Below, piece after piece: positions 14,401 through 23,772 of a stretch of 64,000 nucleotides of DNA. The first letter of the stretch is position 1. Each line of letters begins with the position of its first letter. This DNA is from Monocercomonoides exilis PA203. Taxonomy: Eukaryota; Protista; Preaxostyla. Below the pieces are notes generated by a model. The model was not told the DNA's origin, searched no databases, and saw only the letters and a program-made list of their open reading frames with translations. The stretch is taken from positions 372,001 through 436,000 of the forward strand of contig LSRY02000041.1 of the NCBI GenBank assembly GCA_001643675.2, written 5' to 3'. The translations under genes and the position numbers were made by a program.

Positions 14401-15106
14401 AGATTCTGAAAACTCAGAAAATTTATGGATAAGTTCAAATCAGAAGAGCTGCTTTCTTTCTGGAAAAGAATTTCTTCAACATAAGTCTGAGTTATTTGTT
14501 CCTCATTTGCTCAATGTTTCCAAAAGTGTCTCTTCAAATTTGCAAAATTACAATGGACGTGAAGGAATTGAAATTCTTAATAATAATCGAAAACAAAAGA
14601 ATTTGGATATTGGGCTTTTTATATATGGAAAATCTTTATTTCCATGCAGCCTAAAATGTGAAGTTTGTCATCACAAAAAAGACGAGCAATGCATTTGGCA
14701 TCAATCATCTTTTGATGTAATTAATGAAACGTTTGCCGTTGCAATGGCAAAAGAAGAAGACGTCACAATAGCTATGGATGAAGATGAAACTGTTTCAAGA
14801 ATTTTATTTGGGAATGGTTACAGTACAGACACTGCAGTTTTAGAAGTGAAGAATCACGGTAATCCAGAGCCTAGGAGCGATAGCCCAAAATTATCTAGAA
14901 CCGCACTTATTTTAATTATTGTAAGTTCTGTTGTTTTGGTTGTCATGGTTATAACAATGATTGCATTCATTGCTAGAGGAATTCGTCATAAAAAAAAGAA
15001 AGTTAAGAACAGTCCACGATTTTCACTTTTGACTTCATATCCAATTGTAATTTCTCAAGAAGAAATTGAATGTGCTGCAAAGCCATTACTTTCTGTTCAA
15101 GGATAA
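2474..15106 (+). CDS. Giant intronless type-I membrane surface protein (4,210 aa), pectin-lyase-like/PMP-type right-handed beta-helix repeats
   Basis: Likely start is ATG 2474 (MRKFIIVFYLFLSAKVTFA, signal-peptide-like). Many GGA(I/L) and FxxCxA motifs and recurring CG-x(4-5)-CxTI modules. One C-terminal hydrophobic helix (ALILIIVSSVVLVVMVITMIAFIA), then a basic stop-transfer segment (RGIRHKKKK) and a short tail; TAA stop. Confidence 0.9.
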   Translation: MRKFIIVFYLFLSAKVTFAKEFWLEESKNGKNCTYNDPCSSFRVVHEKLQHNESNFIFILKNINAISQLQWSFSNGLTISGAINDSASIIFSQVFSVTKLHESLFDNEKNGVINFVYVRFSLPNTFSELLENKPYSLIGSKGKELRIEESIFDASLISEQVVYSFVTVSDGSLFVISTFFETRQTVSLDASAFIIKEFTSNVYFGNCTFQNFNLRGNNTAICVNLPEDSSTFVQIEGCTFKNIQSTENSKLFGRGAIAFLSKGSEAKLHFSGKNATTEFSNCVSPTTGGAITVLAPFSVGLSFQNNNSRMLKFRDNQALLGNDMFLLVKDAKDLSTILFSKELNNGKIDESIAIYDKTQLSAAVDLNLLTILLGSESDVVYLDYESQFSSGIKNLAQNTYKSFDDAISKCKCMKSATLAVSKKAVGSQLKLEDQNCRFCFHITITSAFNLINNRVFNSNFIGIEDYCEIVYKPETVIEQEGDALFQSVHSLAVCGVSLHLPSSFVGNHSPFSIFYVCEGGKKSYDAKESAESSSTTTSSSSSSSSSILSLLLSYVEFVLQPSDKTIAFQLIVAKEGSISLNYVSVNNVGSFAYHFAFSLFEIDLSHVNIDESLHDVYVCNVDVAERSVFEFYANKETELANWQLQTSQSIYSFNSSSSQSNKYVLSSLTQHSFSSDFLEPHAIHLELCNFTFINTSSKTGAGCVTVNISTKSHLILFVSSLGIYNCISCSTSPLHNSSLYGIDDSSSSISSNSPSHPYFAFSPSHGAFTVITSAPSFIRLRNISTEKCTASKGKGGVFHLVGIASLIASQLSFVDASALKGGAMFVEIHECIPLSHGNSSDIQDPLLVKLKEANFSLFEIYSSKEILNDSYNIDDDTKLIQFVNVHFENCSASISDEDKGTDVYCIDRRLHYQKESFFFCSSSTSDVTSGLFLKTNEESEHKNWISTSLFKCSETENVFSKFFVNGENDVSAKKILQTSSFSSGASLRDSNVRILNDILLKTVSVDPIYGRDESHGDVKGCEDDQTVACKTIQKALMLLSRNGMVKCVGGTYDSEDIPIQLIEQQKVTIEREEGSQEFCDLHLMNDLKNQIYISVTSSSSFLLHNFRVISDTSFLHMLKTTLFAVSDSGELFLTSCTVTRQLNSPTVDRFCEPLFRVSGGTLALSTTTVENINMEVYPLIYFPSDRTGAAIILSDCVFTDILLDCTIGGEPSLMQIVSTEDKNVDLSVTRCKIRRCTSEVATKGGAISIYCYNPEMKLSLEGRLSISFCRGSFRGTFGGAIYMDISKHIPKYSQKDANLELTGNTAQNGNSLFIRAKNLEEIIKQPQFAPGFFSKVPGEVIGMDENQFIDTGIDLFALLATTKLETVFLDPLGMDKRYCGILFHPCKTFDEALKHVTPPDAKIILRSPKMLSASPTTFDISLSIFYETTGFESPFFSIELNQIFEENEGYFNMDSQSFSLQFVDFSLSKGNLVNGGGKYPVALFKTTNTGKLELHGSFVNYTSKNISTCVLRMEGGRARLSSISMVESTYLFNVSPFYITSGSFTISNSYFSNFILSGADGIVCVPKAAVEDTGNERAISIFNSIILNCSLDSNFNGIGTFVSCVGECQMTISASLFSNCRAYGKEGSGGALFFSDFKALSIIGSKSSHVVFSNCRAKQSGGALYISIKEEKPISKTMILEYVEINDCQSKYGGGVFIMMDFSSINCSFIISFHKCVVVSGGQGHDIFMRHTGNEDISKEQSPFARSITSNLEEGRVYYKGKEIEGTQKEFICGSKANRSVSTDFGEDKPNCGIGNNRACKTINYVTNEASGWIDTVISLKGNSYVVNSVQNFLNGDVAMSSDPTNYILVKSAFEDEIPEKTAFMIGSVVQMSFLHFVHSAEYERNLFISLIFIDEGGKLHLTRCTFDSGSTLEETDELLCAPLFVAKSSLIVSECNISNFHLNEHSLIEMKSFSNFVFLNVNLSYFSHIVSCKNSKAAVITKEHQNGSIGLSETHFNHILSPASYFGGALLVLLSQESQLVIEKGCSFSECESNSINGEGGAIYLSTALYPQLVISALSEFSNNSAHRGRNMFVSTSDLRTLSESMIPPKLMETYGSSNFLGKDKFSGLQKLLYFFTKYRASNIYVDSSIGCDDFSCGSKNYPCLTITHALTHFESQYYRNLALSKILFLEESLMCEEGTNLSISKYLDCTINIPMNLPILNSPEAAIENFGLTKINNVVIDFPENYAESCGCTLRSIILSNGKNADLRLSGVSFRSGGTLISRAFNVVYIGGGKFFTNNIEIDTQNSQKLHYSPLIFVSANSKFAFEARKFKANKIVACKSGLFEIYADEYSLLQCSFSRITSDIQSSICVVEESQTAIIEECTFHECGNNLNDNSVSFGGVIKVKKNSNLCVISDTKFIECFVGCEAGRGGAIYVEPGAGSLSIKSSTFISCYTHSNVLSMGGALFIGQMKQPPVLNQVSFQSCSAYCGGALFLDSSSSELTAYLFSCLFDNNKAFENGHGCDIFFIDRGHNELTRDKSPFIKCMSNSKSDERFFYEHDDIQVGRKDFISDLSIKRNVHPKKGTDDKQCGVDKENYCKTIGIAVSLCVDWTDCSIFAADKLFDTETTTINIDKKIIVIKPMEDVEKSTIVTVFKEKQSLFYINTNGNLHLQSFALEHDTSVSANLESPLFYMHEGNLLMVMCEIFTKQIQFKSEAFQKPIIQCCDSSIVIYDSSISSFTLEEHAFIGVFNSKYITLKLQNCNFSNIEKLKGEKGAVYSLSGSTISQAIEIQEVSFNGIRAFDSTKGGALSFELNSFEDYLTMRQAGGEYKPNTFEGCCSRLYSSYGGAIFLSVVHMSYNLHFTSFSAPSVTNPNSAEFGRDLFIKAENLPIFVQFAGILRETCSWIPNSVVGCDSDSIDKPVDLICLFGEMVYDLYVGNAGFDNKNCGFSLSSKCKTLEFCLRCLNNERDCSLLIDETLKINSIKFDDFFRLSILSASKVRQKALFSFSAISSLEIEDIGFVEVENQLKLSYLSFDLPQKFISVGCCNFIPKVYIVVEGKYSSLTISCCDIPIPEKESLFHFELPFVKVIGGILCIESLFICYNNSGKECARFTSNFIEIEDLYDENETIISSVSISVCTFRSTFSKGSLVSSSSSGSVGFRETFANNCSVQGACIFGAFSKGELVIEDTIMNECSCFGNNESILISVHGIDNNSPNIKLLSCSFKHIQMINNSEIASAILIVDVGELMIENCQFYNINTFGSGGALHLERIGSKSYIKNNYFYGNSAQNGGAIYILTENLNDSGTICCFFEKNVAYSRGMDVYLDDHRAEPVTESNNPFRESCTSTINESTLFHNSSLLNRTEFGWIKYAEIERKVASNASKGIDKEYCGYVNETKCDTIETAVKRTKEIAECTVALDGLVYENEKESIVVGSKRIQIKGESEKETILVSNFKKRVDSFFTVSSGSLKLKILEILLDPSYEGTRTSPVLLIDGIGTGSTVLENCTLTSDYIETSVSRPVEANLFIAKGGSLKLKNATITNLFFKNYNLISLINNFQMLSLDSTVFKDITLNGNVCCVSIDCSEDSKARIDLRNSEFSRILAKDSIEGAALFVRQAKSSISITISKTKFTKCCNKEGDGGGKGAGVCAIIDQQAENYVPMKFSSVEFADNSGCAGNNIFIRFKNSLESFNEMIRFDFDLKNYYGVRHLFEVEDANGKISDLMDRGSIMLLPYSSDSIFISDEHSSDSILCGEKSSPCSTINRAIEHAQSNAKSKISIVSKFSFHYGVVFESGIMLEAESNERVSFFINSDTKFLDSVAFRVRSNFSMSRLNILYSGFAGIMYFTFIECAGALRVVRISDVSFAPLEYRDVFIQPVFLRTKDYSTVYIENSTLYGLLKQKNVNLQLIDSERSEMCSWTQNESLIMINERAEVTLINTDIRNSSYGGILMDNGKLFVQSATFANNKKREVTNFENLRHNILCSSGELFIEKMNVGDSENSENLWISSNQKSCFLSGKEFLQHKSELFVPHLLNVSKSVSSNLQNYNGREGIEILNNNRKQKNLDIGLFIYGKSLFPCSLKCEVCHHKKDEQCIWHQSSFDVINETFAVAMAKEEDVTIAMDEDETVSRILFGNGYSTDTAVLEVKNHGNPEPRSDSPKLSRTALILIIVSSVVLVVMVITMIAFIARGIRHKKKKVKNSPRFSLLTSYPIVISQEEIECAAKPLLSVQG

Positions 15107-17251
15107 CTGTAATTAAGATTTATTAAAAATGAAAATAGAATGAGATTATCTTTATATGTAACTTTATTTTGAAGTTTCTTTGACATGTTGATTCAATTCT
15201 TAATTTTTTAAACAGTATGAGATAATATTTTTAACATTTTTTTATGGGATTATAAAATTTAAAAAAATAGCATTCGGTAACATTTGTTTAATCAATAAGC
15301 ATGATTCACGCAAATCAACTTCTTGATGTTGTGTAAAATTATTTTATGATTCTTGTTGTTCTTTTTTTAACTATTTTTAAAAGAAGGATTTTCACAAATA
15401 ATTAAACTTTTTTTGATGAACGACAAAATATCACTGCTTATATCAATTGATTTGTTATTTTCTGAAAAGAAAAGAAGGGCAGTAAATGTTTATTGTTAAT
15501 AGAGTTGTTTATTGGTTCACATTGTTTTAAGAAAAGCCACTAATTCTCTCACAATCGAATTGAATGATTTTTCAGCTTCTGAAGTATTAAGCATGTTCTG
15601 TTCATTTCCTCCTCAATTCTTCTTTAAAAGGAAACCTGACAGATTATTAACATATCAGTAAGCCTTTCGATTATAGAAATATTTTGACGTTCAAAGCTTC
15701 GAAAGATCGTTTTTCATTATGTCTTAGTTCATTTCTCATTTTTCCCATTCTCCCTCTTCTCCATAATTTGTGAACACATCCATCTCCATCAAGACAGTCA
15801 ACAAAGCAAGCGTTCATGTTCTTGTTAATAACTGTGGCAATAACAAACATCTTTGAAATAGCATTCCACTTTTGGTTTTTCTTTTCTGTTTCTGTTCTTT
15901 CTGATCTATTTGAGCACTTATCACAGAAAGATTTTTCAAAAGATATCGAGGGTATTCTCTATTGAAAGGAGAAATTGAAAAAGAAATATCTGTATATTTA
16001 GAATGCTGAATAATAGATCAACATTTGTTCTTTCAATTCATTGCTTCAAAGTCTAATAGTATTAATCTGACTGATGAAGGAATTGAAGAGTTTTCTGAGA
16101 AGAAACTGTTGCTGAATGAAAAAAGAATGAATAAAAAATAGCAATTTTTCAGCCATTTCGATGTGTTTTGAGCAGATAAGAATGAAATATCAGAGTCCTT
16201 TCTCTGTCCAATGCGCAACACTTCCAAGAAGGAAGTGAATCTCATAGATTTTTGCTTCTTTTTGCAATTGCGAAAGATATTTCTTCATTATTCATGGAAA
16301 AAGAAGATATTTAAAAAATGATGAAAAGTCTCATATTGAAAAAATGCATATTCAATTTAAAGAATTCACTTGCTCCTCCAATCATCAAAGGAGAAGACTG
16401 TTCAATCACTGATGCTTCACATCTCCATTTCCTTTCTTTCCCAGTGCACCTTTCTCCATCTTCCTTTTTTCCCACATTAACATCCTGCATTCAATGTTGT
16501 CATCAACTTTTTTTTCTGAAAAAATATTTTCTTTCCGAGTTGTGTACAATTGTTGGTTCACTTCGTTTCGTTCTCATCCAAATGCTTTGAAATCGAATTT
16601 GTTTTCATCACGTTCCAATTGAATAAAAAAAATATGCAATTCCCATATGCTTGTTGAATCTCAGCGCCCAGCTCTCTTCTGATGCTCTGGTCAAAAAAAG
16701 CAAAGGAATGGAAATTTTGACAATTTATCAGATTCCTTGACTTTTAGAAGGCCATAAATGGAAACATCTTTAAAATGAACAAGAATAATAATAAATGCAA
16801 TCACCATTATTTTCATATGTTGTTTTGGAAAATGAATTTCCTTCAAAGATGCTTTTCATAAAAATAAACTCTCTCATTTCCGTTTTCATTCCCTCTCTGT
16901 CACCAGCTCGTGCCATCACTCAATATCATATCACCCATTCCGCAGAAAATATTCACTCAGTAATCTTTCATCTTTCAAATAATTGTCTGATTCAAACAGC
17001 ACTGTTTGATCAAAGAATCCATAACAAATAAAGAAAAAGATAAAATTTCACATTTTCTCTTCATAATCTCTTGCCAAAATGCAAATGGAAAAATATATGG
17101 TATGAAAGCTGATATTTTCATGGTTGCTTTGAGGAAATATTTTGCGCCAATTTCTTCCTTCCAAACATGTGAACTTTCAATGTGAATGGTTGAATTATTA
17201 TTGCTTTCTTGAACAATTTTAAAAAAAAATCATGAGACACACTGCACAAAA

Positions 17252-18627
17252 ATGTTCAAAAGTTTGCGATTGTTATTACAAGTGAATTCTTGTTTATTGC
17301 ATTTTTCTTTGTTTTTATTGAAGAATTGTTTGAGGAGCTTGAAGGTTGTGACGAAGAACAAAAACGTAAAATTAAAGAAATGAATGAAACAATTGATGGA
17401 ATGAATAAAGAAGAATTTAAATCTATTTTAACCGAAGAAATATTCAACAAAATATCCAAAATGATAGAGGATAAAAAAATGTCAATGGAAAATGCAATTT
17501 TGCTGCTGAAACACATTGGATATTGCAAAGCGCTTGAAAATGTATATGTCCTATGCTTTGAGAGATCTTCGTTGTACAAGAGATTTAAAGAGATGATTAT
17601 TGAAGAAGAAAAGAAAAAAGAGGAAAAGAATGAAATGTTTTTAGCTGATCTTTGCGAATGTTATATTTCTTTGAGCTATGATTACCCACCTGAATTTCTT
17701 TATATATGTGTGACTTGTCTTCTGAAAGTTGCTTTGAAGAAAGAGGGAGATGAAGAAGCACAAAAAGAAGCGGAAATAGCGTTATTGGCTTTGAGCAAAG
17801 CTGGGTATTATGTGTGAAATTTTCTATGAAATTTTTAACGTTTTTGAATTTTCTATCTTGTTTTTTATTAGGAAATTAGACAAGAACTTTTCCTCAAAGA
17901 AATCAAAGAAATCATCAAATGTCATCAGGAGAATCACAATCTCACTCGGCTTGCCTATCTGTCTGCTTGGGACTTTTTGTTTTTCCGACTTTCCAATGAA
18001 AGAAGCTTGGAAGAAGTGATTACGAAAGAACTGCATTTTGCGAGAGAGGCAAGAAGAGAATTGGAAGAGCTGATGAAATGCATGGATTGGACGAGAAAGG
18101 AAGACAGAGGAAAAGAAGCGAAAGATATTCTAATAATCAAGGGATGGCTCCATTTAATTATCTGTAACATATTATCAAGCAAATTATGGAACGAAGAACT
18201 TGTTGGACTTATAAGGAGCATTATTCAACTGCTTCGATCCATGAAAAACAGATTCAGAGACATTCGAATTCAATGTGTTTTTTCCTTGAGATGTTTAGTT
18301 GTAAACAAAGCTTGTAGTGTTGAGCACTTGTTGAAAGGAGGAGCAATTGATGTCATTCTAGAGGAGATTAGGCAACCAACATTGGATGACAAAATAGTAA
18401 ATGAAAGCTTGTTGTTCTTTATGAATGTTTCAGAAAAATTGAAAGAAGAGAAGAACGATGAAATGGAAGAAGCGAAAGAGAAAGAATTGAAAAAGAAAGT
18501 ATTTGAAAAGATGGAGGAAGAAGGATACGAAGATACCATCACAAGCTTTAATAGGACTCTTTCTTCATTGAAAGAGCAATATAGTAATGGATTATCGTTG
18601 AATATTTCTGATCACTTGCTAATGTGA
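17252..18627 (+). CDS. Lineage-specific multicopy alpha-helical hypothetical protein, paralog 1
   Basis: Introns 17262-17323 (GT..AG) and 17812-17871 (GT..AG) join MFKKLFEELEGC...LSKAGYY|EIRQELFLKEIKEIIKCHQENHNLTRLAYLSAW... to TGA 18627. Collinear with the paralog at 19866-21279. The true start may lie in a further upstream exon. Confidence 0.8.
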
Positions 18628-19042
18628 AGAAATGAGACGAAATGAATTTTGAAGCTTTAACATTTCCATTTTTCTTTTTTCATCGTTTTATAAAATAGAA
18701 AACAACCAACAATATGAAAGATATTTTTCAATAACTATATTCTTTCATTCAACTTCATTTTTATGAAACGAAAAAAATAAGTTAATGTCAAAATTTTTGC
18801 CAATCACATTTTTAATCTTTGCCTTTTCTTCATCAACCATCCATAAATGACTATCTGCTTTGAATTTTCAAGAAAGAGATCAATGAACGTTTGTTCTTTC
18901 ATCTGCATATTTTTTTTTCTTTTATCTTTTTGAAAACTTTGCTTTTCTCCGCTCTTCCTTTGTTTCTCCAAATTCCTTCTGATTTCATTGAACTCAAGTG
19001 GAAAAATCAAAATTCAGTGAACAAAAAGAGGTCTTTTTTTTT

Positions 19043-19044
<2 letters not shown>

Positions 19045-19080
<36 letters not shown>
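19045..19080 (+). repeat. (GTT)n microsatellite
   Basis: About 12 tandem GTT units after a T run. Confidence 0.95.
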
Positions 19081-19082
<2 letters not shown>

Positions 19083-19865
19083 GATTTTTATAACTTAATT
19101 ACAAATCTTTCCTTTTGTGATTTACTGTTCGATTGTTTCTTCTCTTCGTTAATACAAACTTTCTTTTACAAATTTTTCCTTTATTTTCCTCTTTTCTATT
19201 CTTTTTCATTTTAAAGATTTTCTCTTTCTCTTTCTCTTTTTGTTTTATATTCTGTTCTGCCTTGTAATATGTCTTGTCAAATGGTTACCAAGGATATTTT
19301 TTTTCATTTACAATTCTCGAGTGGTAATAGAAAAGAGGGATTCACAAAAAAATACAGAAGACGAAGAAACAAACCATGGTAATTATGTTTGTGAATGAAA
19401 TGGATATTTATTCTCTGACCCTGTTCGGACTTCTTCTTCCGACTGCAACGGAATTGTGTTTCAGAAAAACACAGTTTGTTTATCTTCTGACTCCACAACT
19501 GCATCATTTAGCTTAATCAAAACTGAATATGCCATCTTCTTGCACTTTCCATCTCTTGCCATTGAAGTTGATAATTGATATTATTTAATGATAAATTAAA
19601 TTATATCATCCTCATTTCAAACAACGAATATTCAATAATTCCATTCTTGATCATATCATCCATAACAATACACCTGAGAAGATTCGACTTCAATTTTTCG
19701 TATTGTTTCTTGTTGCAATTTATATTTTCTGAAGGATGGTGTGAACTCCGATATTATTATAGCTGAACCATTCATTTTTCAATTTCATGTTGTGATTAAA
19801 TTTTGTTTGTATGACAAACTCTCGGGTTTTTCTTTTTTTTCTTTGTTGCAATTTATTTGAAACAA

Positions 19866-21279
19866 ATGCGTACAAAGAACGTCGCGGATAGTTTCTATGG
19901 TTTGATGTTGTAGTTTTATTTTAATCTTTTTGGTTGGATTTCTTTCTTTATTTAAATTTTTTGAAGAATTGTTTTCCAAGCTTAAAGATTGCAATGATGC
20001 TGAGCAGAAACAGATAATTGATGAAATGAACCAAGTGATGGACAAAATGAACAAAAAAGAATTTAATACTGTTTTTACAATTGACACATTTGAGAAATTT
20101 TTCAAAATGATTGAAGAAAAGAAACTGTCAATTGGGAATGCAATTCTTTTATTGAATCACATGCGATATTGCAAAGCACAGGAAGATACTCACATTAACA
20201 GCTTTGCAAATTCTATGTTTGACAAAAATTTTGATTTGATGATTGTTAAAGAGGAGAAGAAAAATGAGGGGGAAGATGAAATTCTTTTGATTGATCTTTG
20301 TAGAAGCTTTCTTTTGTTGCATGACGAGCACACTGTGTTTTTCTTTCGACCAGCTTGCATTCATTTCCTTCTCAAAGTGGCCTTGAATAAGGAGGAAAGT
20401 GAAAAAGATCAAAAAAAAGTGGAAATGGTTTTCCTCGCGTTGAGTAACATTTGCGAACTAGAAGCATGGAAATTTATTTTTCTTTTTTTGCGTTATTGTT
20501 TCTTATTATTTCTTTAGGATCTAAGACAAGAACTGTATTTGAATGAGATCAAAGAGATCATCCAGTATCATCAAGAGCATCGCAACCTGATACAGCTTGT
20601 ATATTGGTCAGTTTGGAGATTTCTGATAAACAGATTTTACTCCGACATAACTCTTGAAGGAGTGATTGTGAATGATCTCTGTTTGGGGAGAGAAGCAATT
20701 GGAGAAATTGAAGAATTGTCGAAGAACGTCGATTGGAAGAAGAAAGAAGATGAAATGAGCAAAGAAACAGAACCGAAAGAATTGCTTATGATCAATAGAT
20801 GGCTTGATTCACTTGCTTATTTCTTTAAATATAGCCAATTTGGTTGCAAAGAAAATGCAGAATTGATTGCTTGCGTTGTGACATTGTGCAGAAAATCATT
20901 TGATTATTTCAAAGAAATAAGTTTCAGATCCATTAGTCTTTTTGATGCAATGATTTCAGAAAGCACTGTGAGTATTTCAGACCTTCAACAAAACGGGGTC
21001 TTTGATATTGCTTTGAAGATAATTCAGCAATCAACGTTGAATGATGATTCTATGGAGATATGCATTGACTTCTTTTGGAGGGTGCACGAAAGATTGAATG
21101 ATGAGATGGTTGACGAAACGGGGAAAAAAAAACTCAAAAAGCTTAAAAGAGATATATATGAAGAAATGGAGCAAGAAGGATGTGAAGATAGCATCGCTGT
21201 GTTTTATTGGAGATTGAGTGAAGACGCTTTATTTGATGATATAGGATATACTCTTTATGTTTTGTGTGTGCATTTATAG
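19866..21279 (+). CDS. Lineage-specific multicopy alpha-helical hypothetical protein, paralog 2
   Basis: MRTKNVADSFY-ELFSKLKDC; intron 19900-19966 (GT-AG); second intron 20464-20517 with a GC donor; then DLRQELYLNEIKEIIQYHQEHRNL... to TAG 21279. Intron positions match paralog 1. Confidence 0.8.
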
Positions 21280-22969
21280 TTAAGGTGCCATCCCAATTGG
21301 TGGATGTAACCCTTTATTATTTTGATTTTTTATGAAAAATTTTATCGTAATGAAATAATAACATGTTATTAAACTTCTTAACATGTTAAAATCAATCAAA
21401 ATTATAACGAAGTTGAGTATCTTTTAACAGCATTTCATTTTTGTGAGTCACAAATGATAATTTTAAAGGGTTTGAAAGAGTAAAAGAACAAGCGCAATTT
21501 CTGGATGAAGGCGTATTCTAAAATAAAGCTATTTCATTGTTTTTATTGAGGTTTTTGGGATTTGAATAAATAAAAAAAATAACATTTGAATAAATAATAT
21601 TGAGTGATGTTCACCTGGGAAGATTGCACAATATGGTAAAAAACTTTTTATAACTCCTTTTAATTTCCTATCAAATAAAATAAAAAAATTTTGCAATGAT
21701 ATAATTTATGTTCCCACGTGAAAAGCTTCGCCAAAATGAAAGTTAACACTTGATAATGCTTTGGTTCATATTTTTGTGAAGCTTAATGAGTGGGAACAGT
21801 AATTTGATCAGAATAAGAAATGTGTATTTGAATTTGAAATTGAACAAAATGAACTTTTCAAAAAAATCTTTTAATTCCACTATAATACTGATTCCTTATT
21901 ATTCGCACCAGTATTAATTCATTAAAAATTGAATACCACATATTCTTCAAAATATTAATTTCCCGTGAAAAAATGAATATTTTTTTGAAAAAATATTTTA
22001 ATATTTGAATTGGACAAAATATCTGACTTCTATCTTTTTCATTGATATTAATTGCTCTTTTGATTATAAACGAATTATTATAAAAATAGGAATAAAATTG
22101 GTTTTTATATATTTATGCAAATAATGCTTAAAGAACAACTTGATGCAATATCAATGATACCGATTTTCCGAAATTAAAGTTATATTTATTTCGAAAAATG
22201 AAAAAGTTCTATAAAGTTTTGAGTGAAACAATATTAAAATGCTTTGTTAAAAAAAGAAAAATGATTGACCGCTAGTGCTATCCCCCAGATATTATCAAAA
22301 ATTAATGTGGAAAAACAAACTTTTAAAGTCTCGACTTGTTTTTGAAATCTTTAAAGAGATCGTGAATTTGATGTAAATTTTCAAAAATGCAGATTTCTTT
22401 CCTAAGTTAATAAAATGGGGAGAAATATGGGTGATTGTTTTTGAGATCATAACTATTTTCGGGGTGTTCATAATTATGAATATTCATTGTCGTTAGTAAA
22501 ATAATTTTTATTCTAATAAATAAAGTTCATTTATCGTTTCTAAAGCTTCAATTTTTCACAAAAAAATAGTGTATGCGTCATAAAACAGATCTTTAACTTT
22601 TTGGTGTTCATTAATGGATATTCGTTTCAAATATTCAAACCCAAAATTTTGACAGAAAAAATATGGTTTCAAAGATAATCACCCATGTGTTTCTTCAAGC
22701 TTTTTCATTGAAAATAATTCGCTTTTTTTTGACTTTTTGAATTAAAAAAATAGGGAAAAATGGGTCCATTTTTTGACATTCTTGTGAGTTCAGAAAAGGT
22801 TCTGTTGTTATTAAAAGAAGTTTGCTCACAGATATGAAAAACCATTATTTTTTTTGAAATCTGATTCATTTTTTTTTTAAGTTTTGAATGGAACAAATAT
22901 TTATTGCTTTGTGCAAAAAAAGCTAAAAAGTTCATTTTTTTCCCGAATATTAATTATATATGTAGAATT

Positions 22970-23205
22970 TTTTGAATAGTCGCAAATGTTCAATATCAAG
23001 ATTAAACAAAAATGTTCCTTATTTGATCATTTTTTTTTCAATATATCCATCAAACTTTATCACAATGCAAATATGATATAAAAAAACTGATTTGATATGA
23101 GAATAAGTGCAAAATGACAAAGTTTGATGGATTTTTCATTAAAAACAATCGTATTGGGTGATTTTTGATTTAACCCAGTTTTTCAACATGTGCGACTATT
23201 CAAAA
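22970..23205. mobile_element. Fold-back/MITE-like element (~236 bp)
   Basis: TTTTGAATAGTCGCAAATGTT (22970-22990) and AACATGTGCGACTATTCAAAA (23185-23205) form an inverted repeat with 20/21 matches. An inner inverted pair, ATCCATCAAACTTTATC and GACAAAGTTTGATGGAT, is also present. No clear TSD. Confidence 0.6.
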
Positions 23206-23288
23206 TGAAAGAACCCTTATTGTATAATTTTGAATGTGCCTTGGAATAGAATCCCTTTCATTCGAAAAAGTTCATTGAATATTCTCAT

Positions 23289-23772
23289 TATTCCTCTATG
23301 ACCTGACAAATAACTTGAAGCCTCGTCTGTCACAAAAAACAAAAACAAAAACAAAAAAAAAAGAAAAAAAAAATATTTTTTTATATTTACATGAAATAAA
23401 ATATTGCAAAAACTTCTAAAGACTTTTCAAAGCACTTTGGAAAAGATTTGTTAATAGCATCTGCAATATCTGATTGTTTTTTTGTATTTTGTCAGTGACT
23501 GTCAGTGAAGGTCAATGACAAATTGTGACAAAAAAATTCCTCAACTGACATTTCGTGACAAATAAAATAAATATTGGGAACTTGATCACATAAATAAAAA
23601 ATTTGATTTTTCAAAAATAATTAGAATCGTTTTTTATCAATTTTCAAATTAATTATGTAAGTAATTAAGAATTATGAAATCGTTATAAAGAACCCTTATT
23701 GACAAATCATAAATATCTTGTCAGTCATTTTGTCATTTTTTCAATTTTCTCTTGTCATGTCACAGGGATATA
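23289..23772. mobile_element. MITE (~484 bp) related to the TIR family of the 54219-57688 element
   Basis: Left end TATTCCTCTATGACCTGACAAA versus right end (reverse complement) TATATCCCTGTGACATGACAAG, 16/22 ungapped. Flanks ATTCTCAT (23281-23288) and ATTCTCTT (23773-23780) form a 7/8 TSD. The interior is dense in TGAC/GTCA motifs. Confidence 0.6.

Noticed and set aside
15450-17050. Possible decayed gene on the minus strand
   Set aside because: Coding-like patches, but no sustained frame or recognisable motif.
19300-19780. Coding-like fragment between the two paralogs
   Set aside because: Interrupted by stops and not identifiable.
21612-22291. Weak inverted match CTGGGAAGATTGCAC / GTGCTATCCCCCAG as a TIR pair
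   Set aside because: Needs gaps and several mismatches, has no TSD, and overlaps another candidate.
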